Assembly: GCA_000004985.1 (NCBI GenBank)
Contig: GG738855.1
Direction: 5' to 3' (one strand)
DNA length: 64,000 nucleotides
DNA from: Naegleria gruberi
Lineage: Eukaryota
The notes beneath the pieces were generated by a model. That model ran no database searches, was not told the origin of the DNA, and saw only the letters and a program-made list of their open reading frames with translations. The translations under genes were made by a program, and so were the position numbers. Below are positions 56,727 through 64,000 of this stretch, piece by piece. How positions within the stretch are numbered: position 1 is the stretch's first letter; each line of letters opens with the position of its first letter.

Positions 56727-58628
56727 ATGAAAAACAAAATGCAGGACAATATGGTAGGGCTTTACCTGACCAAACATGCCAAATCATTTCAGGAATATAA
56801 TTATAATTTGTGGAATTTATTTGATTTATTACATTCATCATCTGTTCAATGTAATTTAACGGCTCTAGAATTAAAATTACACATCTTGAGTTATTGTATT
56901 TTGGAAATATCACCCAGGACGTGTCCTATTCTGTATTCAACATCAACAAGTTCCGATGAAATACCAATCGAAGAAATCGAGAGGAGTCTATTAAAGATAA
57001 TGTATGGAAAATTCGATTCAGATAAGACTAGGATTCATCAAATATATCACCATTTTCACATCTACTTTGATACAGCATCCATGGGAATGACCATAAGATT
57101 TCCTACACTTTTTGATGATCAATTAATACGGATAATATGGAGCAAGGCTAAATCTATGCATTGTCAAAATGTTGATTCATCAGAAAATTATTACTTTTCA
57201 ATACCAACAATAACAAAACCCCAACTAGATAATGACACTAGTGGAGAATCAAAACAAAAAAGGAGAAAGGTTGATAGAGATTTATCACCCCTTGAAAATT
57301 GGTCAAAACATTTAGGTACACTATGTAAAAATCTTGAACAATTGAGAGTGAAATTAGACTATAACCTTTTAGAATTCATGATATCTAAGGACAATACTTG
57401 TGTTTGTCCATTATTAAGAAATTGTGAGACATTTATTCAACCTATTCATTATGAGATTGATGAAAACTTGTTGAATCATACCCTTTTATTTCCATTTGTT
57501 TCTACAGTTGAGTGGACTTTCTCAGATCAACCAATTTGCAACACTCTAAACATGATGTCTAGCAGATTTTTACCAAAATTTCCAAACTTGACATCTCTCA
57601 AAATAAGGAATTTCAATATTAACAACACAAACTATTGCTCTTTGAATCCATTTGGACCCCTAATTGAATATTCGAAAAATCAAACTGTACTGTTGAGCTC
57701 CCTCTCACTAAACATGAGTTTTTCCTTCAATACCACAAACTGTTTGCGGTGTTGGACCAAGTTTTGGAGTAACATTTCCGAGTTGTCCTCTCTAGAAAGA
57801 TTAGAAATTAATCTCTCTCTGAAACCTTGTGAAAACTGGGAATCAATAGAGAAGGATGTTTTAAAAGTACTGACCGATACATTTGGTTTTATCTCTAACC
57901 CTGAAAGTAATGAGAAGAAATTGAATTTACCTAAGCTTAAAATTATCAAACTTAACATACACAATCAAAATGACGAGATTATAATAGACCAATCACTAAT
58001 TCATTTCCTTTTACAACAGAGGTATAACTTATTGTCAGAAGTTGAAATTGATTTTAAAGTTATGGATACTGATCAATATAATCAGTGTTTCCTCTTTTTA
58101 GAGGATGAGTTCAATTCAGGTAACAGTACAATCTCAAAACTCAAGTTATCTGGAGTCACACTCAACAGTGATGCTTGTGTTGCTTTGGGTAGATGCTCAT
58201 CTTTGAGGTGGCTCATCTTGAAAAATGTAAAATTTGAGGGAGATGATGAGGAAATTAGATATTGCCTCGATTACCTGTCTCAATCGAAGAGTATTACACA
58301 TTTAGAATTACCACATTGCTATTTGGAAGAATATCATTTGGAACCTATATTATCTAATATGGATCAGTTAGAATTACTCAATCTGAAATTTAATAATATG
58401 GGAGCTCTATTACTTTTAAGGCACGTGACAACATCCTTCAGTACAGATCATGATGATTATCAAGTAAGAAATAATCTAGTTCACTTAAATGCACTAAATC
58501 TGGAAGGAAATGTCAAGATCAAGAAGGAACATATTGATACACTACTAGAACAAAATGAAAATCTCACCTATGTTTCTCCATGTAATTTAGGAGACTTTCT
58601 TCCAATACCAACCTTCACTTGGCAATAA
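56727..58628 (+). CDS. Hypothetical leucine-rich-repeat (RNI-like) protein
   Basis: 634 aa from ATG 56727. The C-terminal half has RNI-type LRRs (KLKLSGVTLNSDACVALGRCSSLRWLILKNVKF..., LELPHCYLEEYHLEPILSNMDQLELLNLKFNNMG). No catalytic domain recognised. Confidence 0.4.
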   Translation: MKNKMQDNMVGLYLTKHAKSFQEYNYNLWNLFDLLHSSSVQCNLTALELKLHILSYCILEISPRTCPILYSTSTSSDEIPIEEIERSLLKIMYGKFDSDKTRIHQIYHHFHIYFDTASMGMTIRFPTLFDDQLIRIIWSKAKSMHCQNVDSSENYYFSIPTITKPQLDNDTSGESKQKRRKVDRDLSPLENWSKHLGTLCKNLEQLRVKLDYNLLEFMISKDNTCVCPLLRNCETFIQPIHYEIDENLLNHTLLFPFVSTVEWTFSDQPICNTLNMMSSRFLPKFPNLTSLKIRNFNINNTNYCSLNPFGPLIEYSKNQTVLLSSLSLNMSFSFNTTNCLRCWTKFWSNISELSSLERLEINLSLKPCENWESIEKDVLKVLTDTFGFISNPESNEKKLNLPKLKIIKLNIHNQNDEIIIDQSLIHFLLQQRYNLLSEVEIDFKVMDTDQYNQCFLFLEDEFNSGNSTISKLKLSGVTLNSDACVALGRCSSLRWLILKNVKFEGDDEEIRYCLDYLSQSKSITHLELPHCYLEEYHLEPILSNMDQLELLNLKFNNMGALLLLRHVTTSFSTDHDDYQVRNNLVHLNALNLEGNVKIKKEHIDTLLEQNENLTYVSPCNLGDFLPIPTFTWQ

Positions 58629-58663
58629 TATTTTCAAAATAAATTATTTATTTACAAATTCCA

Positions 58664-58999
58664 TTAATTCTTTTTTGGAACCAATTCATTAATATCAAAA
58701 TCATAATTTTTAATTACCGACAAGTTAGTCTTGGTTGGTTCTGTTGAATTTGGTTCATATAATTCTCTAGTTTGTGGAGGATTTAATTTGTGAGGTTTTG
58801 GTGGAGGATTAGTTTTAGCAGTCATTGGTGCGACTCTTGTGACTGGTGAAAAATAAGTGTACACTCTTCCGAAGATTGGAATGCTTCTTAAAGCATATTC
58901 AACAAAAGTTAAAATTGATGTGATGATGTTGGTGATAGGAAAGAGCCAGACAGGATCTCTGTATTCCTCATACATTGGGTGAAGTGGTTGTTTAGTCAT
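58664..58999 (-). CDS. Hypothetical small single-pass membrane protein
   Basis: 111-aa ORF with one hydrophobic helix (VWLFPITNIITSILTFVEYAL) and a P-rich tail. Calling this a gene is tentative. Confidence 0.3.
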   Translation of the reverse strand: MTKQPLHPMYEEYRDPVWLFPITNIITSILTFVEYALRSIPIFGRVYTYFSPVTRVAPMTAKTNPPPKPHKLNPPQTRELYEPNSTEPTKTNLSVIKNYDFDINELVPKKN

Positions 59000-59270
59000 T
59001 TTTTTATGTATTATTAATTTTGATAATAATTAACATGAGCGCACATCGATTTTATTGGCTTGAATTTTTGTTTGCCGCGGATGGCGACTCCCGTCATTAA
59101 TTATTATTAATTAATAGTTATTTACAATTTATTAAATAATATAATATTAATAACTATGTTGTAAATTCGTTCCAAATTAATAAAATAGTTTTGGATGTTA
59201 CAGTAAATAAAATTCAAAAATTAAAAAGTTTCCATTTTAAAAGTGAAGTTTGTGAAAATATTAGAAAAAA

Positions 59271-59954
59271 ATGTTTGAAATAGTTGTCTTGATTATTATT
59301 GTGCTAATTCTCTCTCTTGTTGCCTCTTATCATTATTACATGAATATTCGATCTGAACAACCCTATCTCAGGAAGGGTTCTGAATCACTCGAATCAAAAC
59401 CAATCAAGATTATTCTACATGGACCTTGTGCCTCTGGAAAATCAACTCATTCAAAAGAACTGTCAACAGCATTAAATATTCCATTGATTGATGCAGATTT
59501 ACTTCGGTTTTATCCTGCTCATGAATTTGAGTGGAAACTTAAAAGTGGCAATGAGTATATTTCTGCCATCGAGAAGGAAATGAAGCAATTTAAGGATAAG
59601 GGTTGGGTTTTTGACGGCAGAGTTTTGAAATTACCATCCATAATTAAAGAAGCAAATGTTTTAATAATCATGGATTATGCACTCATTGTCACTTTTTGGA
59701 GATTGTTTGTGAGGTGTGTCAGTAGATGGATTTACAATACCAAATGTTGTAATGGAAATGTTGAGAAATGGTCTAATCATTTGGGAAAGGACTCTCTGTT
59801 TTTGTATGAATTTAACAGTATGTTAGATGCCAAGAAACGTGACTTGGGAATGAAGAAACATTTCGAGGATAATCCCCATCTTCATGTTTTCAAAGTACTG
59901 TCTCCAAGAGACTTGAAATATTTGTTAAAGAAACTCGACTTTAAAAGTTTGTAA
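59271..59954 (+). CDS. Hypothetical membrane-anchored P-loop NTPase / nucleotide-kinase-like protein
   Basis: N-terminal TM helix MFEIVVLIIIVLILSLVASY, then a Walker A motif ILHGPCASGKSTHS; 227 aa. Confidence 0.45.
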   Translation: MFEIVVLIIIVLILSLVASYHYYMNIRSEQPYLRKGSESLESKPIKIILHGPCASGKSTHSKELSTALNIPLIDADLLRFYPAHEFEWKLKSGNEYISAIEKEMKQFKDKGWVFDGRVLKLPSIIKEANVLIIMDYALIVTFWRLFVRCVSRWIYNTKCCNGNVEKWSNHLGKDSLFLYEFNSMLDAKKRDLGMKKHFEDNPHLHVFKVLSPRDLKYLLKKLDFKSL

Positions 59955-60051
59955 ATATTAGATTGAAAGGATTAGTCAACTGCATTCCAAAACATTTCAA
60001 TACATGATTTAATCAGCAAAATGTTATTGATATTTACAATAAGTTAATTTA

Positions 60052-60885
60052 TTAATCTTCTGATTCATCTATCGCATCAATTTCCTGATTTGGTATTATC
60101 GTTATGTTCTGACTATCACCATGATAGTAATAATCTGGTAGTATTACAGTATCGTTATATCTTGGAGTTGAATCCATAACTTTTCTATTATGGAAAAAGT
60201 CCAAAACTACGAACAATGAGTCTGATGATTGAAATCCAAATTGACTCAAATTGCATTCCATATTATCATCATTTATGATCTTTCCTTTGTAAACAAAACG
60301 TTGTTTTTCGTAAGGTATTTGCAACATATCTCTCACTGCAGTTTTTAAGTGATGTAAAGTTAAATTATTAAAATTATATACACGCATGGATTGTCCAGTT
60401 AATGTTCTGATATTAACAAAAGGTGGGGAATTGGAGGAAGTTGATGGTTGGATGGCATTCATAGGTGATGTTATTATTGAAGGATTAAAAAGTGGAGTAT
60501 TAGAAATGAAATTATTAGAACCTGTGTTGTTGTGACAAGTGTAAAATGGGAATGAACACGTTACGGATGATGAAGAAGAACTTGATTGATTACTACTTCC
60601 AATCGATATACAAACTGCATGAACTTGCTTTAATTTCTTACTAGGTTTTGATGAATACAAATCCGTATCATCATCCGATGATGAACAAGATTGATCTTCG
60701 TATGATTGATCATACATCATTTCATCATATTCTTCCATACCAGTTTCTAGATCATCATTTTTTTGTAGGCTTCTTTTTCCTAAAAAGTTTGAAGAGGCTT
60801 TTGTTCGAGAGCCTCTTTGACCAACACCGTTACATGTTGATGTTATTCCGTGATGGCATTCATCGTCAAAGTGGTGTGAAGGCAT
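60052..60885 (-). CDS. Hypothetical protein with ubiquitin-like domain
   Basis: 277 aa with a Ser-rich/acidic N-terminal half. The segment MRVYNFNNLTLHHLKTAVRDMLQIPYEKQRFVYKGKIINDDNMECNLSQFGFQSSDSLFVV has a ubiquitin-like beta-grasp pattern. Confidence 0.4.
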   Translation of the reverse strand: MPSHHFDDECHHGITSTCNGVGQRGSRTKASSNFLGKRSLQKNDDLETGMEEYDEMMYDQSYEDQSCSSSDDDTDLYSSKPSKKLKQVHAVCISIGSSNQSSSSSSSVTCSFPFYTCHNNTGSNNFISNTPLFNPSIITSPMNAIQPSTSSNSPPFVNIRTLTGQSMRVYNFNNLTLHHLKTAVRDMLQIPYEKQRFVYKGKIINDDNMECNLSQFGFQSSDSLFVVLDFFHNRKVMDSTPRYNDTVILPDYYYHGDSQNITIIPNQEIDAIDESED

Positions 60886-61223
60886 TTTTTCTCTCTGTTG
60901 TTTGAAAAAAAAAATTCAAGAATCAGCCAGAAAAAATTGGGCGCCATTCAAAGAGGTTACAAAATTTTATGGGTTTTTGCTTGTCTGGTACTCTCTTCAA
61001 CATAAATTGATTCACCTTTTCTCAGTGGCTTTCAATGAACAATTCAAAAACAAATTATTATATTTAGTAAATTCTTCAATACACCATTTGTGTTAGTTTC
61101 AATATTCTTATGGGGTGAGGTTCATTTTTTTTACTTTCATTGAAAATAATCCAGAGTGAGTCTGATAACAGGAGTTGACTCCTCTAAATCTCCTTTCTTT
61201 TCAAAAATAAAAAGAAGGAAAAA

Positions 61224-62945
61224 ATGACTCTACGTTCCACTTGTCTTCAGATCGGAGTGGTCGCTAGGAAGGTTGCTGACAAATACAACCAGTTCGGACG
61301 GATGATATTTGGTCCCAAGGTTCTGCTTGTGTATTTGTTCATTGTGAATTTATTTATTTATTTTGATAGAGGTGTTGTTTCTGTAGGTTTCAAGTTGATC
61401 TATTTAAATTAAAAAGTGGATGATGATTATGAAAATAATATATAGGGTATTTTACGTGCTTTGGAAGCAAAGTGGGATTTATCACAAACTGAACAAGGAG
61501 CACTCGGATCAGCTTTTATGGTTGGATATATGATTTTTGGACCAATTTTTGCTCAGTTAGCCTCTAAAATTCCAATGAAGGTAATTATCATCACATGAAT
61601 TATTCATCGGAATGACATATATTTCTGTTAAATACATAATAATAATAATAATTGGAAATGACATTCACTTTAAATTACTTGTGGAATATTGAAATAGATT
61701 GTTATTTTTGTCGGATTGGTTATTTGGTCTGTATTAACAATATTGTGTGGATTTACTAGTGTTGTAACATCAAAGACTGGTTTCTACTTGTTGGCTGTTT
61801 GTCGTTGCTTGGTTGGTGTTGGTGAAGCTGCCTATGCTCCTGTTGCACCAACCTTATTGGATGATGTTGCTCCTGCCAAAAGTAGAACAATGTACATGTC
61901 CTTCTTCTATCTTGCCATGCCTGTTGGTGTTGCTATTGGGTATGGTGTAAGTGGTGTTGTAGCTGATTATTTGGATTGGTCACTCGTTTTTATGGGAGAA
62001 GGTATTTTGATTATTCCTCTTGCTTTATTGATCTTGATGGTTCCTCCATCTGATCAATACAGAAAAGATAGAATGGAAAAGGAAGACAGAGAAAGATTAG
62101 TCAATGAAAACAATTCTCTTCTTGAAAATAATGATTCCAATAACCAAATTCCTCAAACTTCATCTGAATCTAACATTGTTACTGAAAGTGATGCAATGAG
62201 TCAATTTGGAGATGTTGAAAAGGACAAGACCTATAATATTTTCCAAGCAATTTACCATTTATTTACAAACTCTGTCTACGTGTATGCTCTTTTGGGTTAT
62301 ACAATGTATACATTTGTGATTGGCGCATTGGCTTTCTGGGGACCAACTCTTGTTTCAAAGGGGCTTCACATTAGAATGTCTATTGCAAGTTTGGCCTTCT
62401 CTGGTATCAGTGTTGTGACTGGTATCGTAGGTTCTATGGTTGGAGGTATAGTTTTGGATAAGATTGGTGGATCTAAGGGAATGGCTGGAAGTGCTAGAGG
62501 ATTAATGCTATGTGCTATTTTCATTTTCCTTGCTATTCCATTTGGTTATGGAGCATTTAGTACATCTAATATTCCACTCTATTTTTCCTTATTGGTTATT
62601 GCTGAATTCTTCATTTTCTGCATTACCAGTCCTGTAAATGTTTCCTTCTTGTCAGTTGTTTCTCCAAACTTGAGAAATTACAGTATGAGTATTCAGATCT
62701 TTGTCATTCACGCTATTGGTGATTTCCCTTCACCTTCTGCTATGGGTGCATTTGCTGATTATTTAGGAGGTAATGCTGGTCTTTCAAAGAGTATCCTATT
62801 CTTGTGGACCGTTCTTGTTTTTAGTGTTGCCTTCTTCTTTGTTGGATTTTTAATTGCTCGATCAAAGAGTAAGATTGAAGAACGTAGTGAAGCTTTTGCT
62901 GACCTCAAGAAGGAAAATTATCAAAGAGCAAAGACGGAGCTGTAA
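61224..62945 (+). CDS. Major facilitator superfamily transporter, Spinster (SPNS)-like; join(61224..61382,61446..61580,61698..62945)
   Basis: Three exons (GTAGGT 63-nt intron, GTAATT 117-nt intron). The spliced protein is ...LFIYFDRGVVS|GILRALEAKWDLSQTEQGALGSAFMVGYMIFGPIFAQLASKIPMK|IVIFVGLVIWSVL...LLDDVAPAKSRTMYMSFFYLAMPVGVAIGYG..., which is Spinster-like MFS with 12 TM-type hydrophobic segments. Total 1542 nt = 514 codons. Confidence 0.75.
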
Positions 62946-63015
62946 ATTCAAAATTAATCTCAATTATTCAATTAACCTGCTTGATAACTCAATTTTAAAA
63001 AATCAATTAAAAAAA

Positions 63016-63753
63016 ATGTTAAAAATAATTAAATCATCAACCAGTCCACTTCAAAAATTAAATAGAATCGGAATTGCAAGTCGGAAAGCTGCTTCATTGA
63101 ATTGTTGTGTGGCTTGTTCTTCTTCCCTCATGAGAAATTATGCAACATTTAATTTTAATCAAAATGAAGAAGATGATTATGAAAAACAGCCAGGACAATC
63201 ACCTTTAGCTGCACCATTGGAACAATATAACGTCATGCAATATGATTCGTATGTGTTGAAAATATAATAATAATTATAATAATTAATTACTACATCGCAA
63301 AGTTCTGTGACTTTTATTTCAGGATATGGTCAACGATCTTTCTTTGTTGGAAATACCAGAATTTTCGGAAGTATATTCGCAACAAAGAAACAAGTTTTTG
63401 TTTGGGATATCTCGGATCCAAGTCAAATTACAATTGAAAGTTTAAAATTGGCTGAACATTTAAATCCAACACCTACCTTACTTCTTGTTGGAACTGGTAA
63501 GTCAATTGTTAGATTACCACAGGAAGTACATGAATATTTCAGAAAGAATGGTGTTGTTATTGAGGAAATGAATTCAGTGAGTGCTGTCAGTACCTTCAAT
63601 GTTTTGAATCAAGAAGGAAGAGATGTATGTTGTGCTTGCATTTCACTTGAGCCAGTCAATGTTAAAGATTTGGTTCCAGAAAAATCACCAGTTGTCTTTT
63701 TGGAAATTAGAAATGTTCTTGATAGGAGACCAGGTGGCAGTCCTCTTGGATAA
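63016..63753 (+). CDS. NDUFAF3: NDUFAF3-like complex I assembly factor (Mth938/DUF498 domain), mitochondrial; join(63016..63248,63303..63753)
   Basis: Exon 1 is presequence-like (MLKIIKSSTSPLQKLNRIGIASRKAAS...). A GTATGT donor at 63249 and a 54-nt intron ending AAAG lead to SVTFISGYGQRSFFVGNTRIFGSIFATKKQVFVWDIS...TLLLVGTGKSIVRLPQEVHEYFRKNGVVIEEMNSVSAVSTFNVLNQEGRDVCCACI, which fits the Mth938-like family consensus. Total 684 nt = 228 codons. Confidence 0.65.
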
Positions 63754-64000
63754 TATTATTTCACAAATATTGAAGAGTAAGATCAATTCCATAAATTATT
63801 CATTTTATTTCAGCTGTATAGATATGGAAAAATTAATAATCGAAACTGTAAACTTCATAAGAAAAAAGTTAGTTTGTTCCTTTTGTCAAACCGCCTCAAC
63901 TGACTAATGGTGATGGAAGAAACTTCTCTACAGACCTTAAAAAAAATACCGCGCATTTGATTAAGAGACTTTGAGGACAAACCGCCCATTGTGTTTGACT

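Noticed and set aside
63623-63907. ORF 63623..63907 (94 aa) at the window end
   Set aside because: It overlaps the 3' end of the NDUFAF3-like CDS in another frame and has no start context or motif. It is probably spurious.

Overview
This 64 kb window is not prokaryotic. It is a compact, AT-rich (roughly 35% GC, estimated by eye) eukaryotic nuclear locus with about 33 protein-coding genes on both strands and roughly 85% coding density. Introns are short (26-117 nt) and canonical GT..AG, with donors like GTAAGT, GTATGT, GTAGGT and GTACGT. Many genes are single-exon. Several are split by 1-6 small introns that the six-frame ORF track breaks into separate ORFs, and I joined these by hand. Every join I report gives a total CDS length divisible by 3.

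Recognisable products include:
- PP2A B'' regulatory subunit
- a fungal-type zinc-cluster transcription factor with a Q/N-rich tail
- 3-hydroxyacyl-CoA dehydrogenase
- CTR9 (Paf1 complex)
- FAD synthase
- a GRAM/VASt lipid-transfer protein
- gamma-tubulin
- cyclophilin PPIL3
- a NUDT6-like Nudix hydrolase
- a plant-like PLS/E-type PPR protein
- a FERM plus RNI-type LRR protein
- XPR1/SYG1 (SPX-EXS)
- SNAPC1
- COG2
- CstF-50
- a UFD4/TRIP12-like HECT E3 ligase
- a Rac/Rho GTPase
- a membrane-anchored subtilase
- HIBCH
- ASNSD1
- WDR3/UTP12
- a Spinster-like MFS transporter
- NDUFAF3
- several lineage-specific hypothetical proteins.

I found no rRNA, no CRISPR array, no obvious transposon, and no tRNA by eye.

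The gene content points to a compact-genome protist, possibly an amoeboid lineage where PLS-class PPR proteins occur (Heterolobosea or Amoebozoa). Supporting this are SNAPC1, ASNSD1, Spinster, CstF-50 and the PLS-PPR together with a fungal-type Zn cluster, poly-Q/N/T low complexity, and A-runs before ATG codons. This is inference, not identification.

The most notable observations are:
- a PLS/E-type PPR gene outside plants
- tail-to-tail gene pairs whose stop codons nearly abut
- two micro-exons encoding the catalytic-serine motif of the subtilase
- a 1-nt frame discontinuity in a poly-C tract inside a 1578-codon, seven-exon gene of unknown function
- 26-42 nt introns
- an unusual FERM-LRR fusion.

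Some printed line offsets may be off by one; coordinates anchored to the ORF track are reliable.
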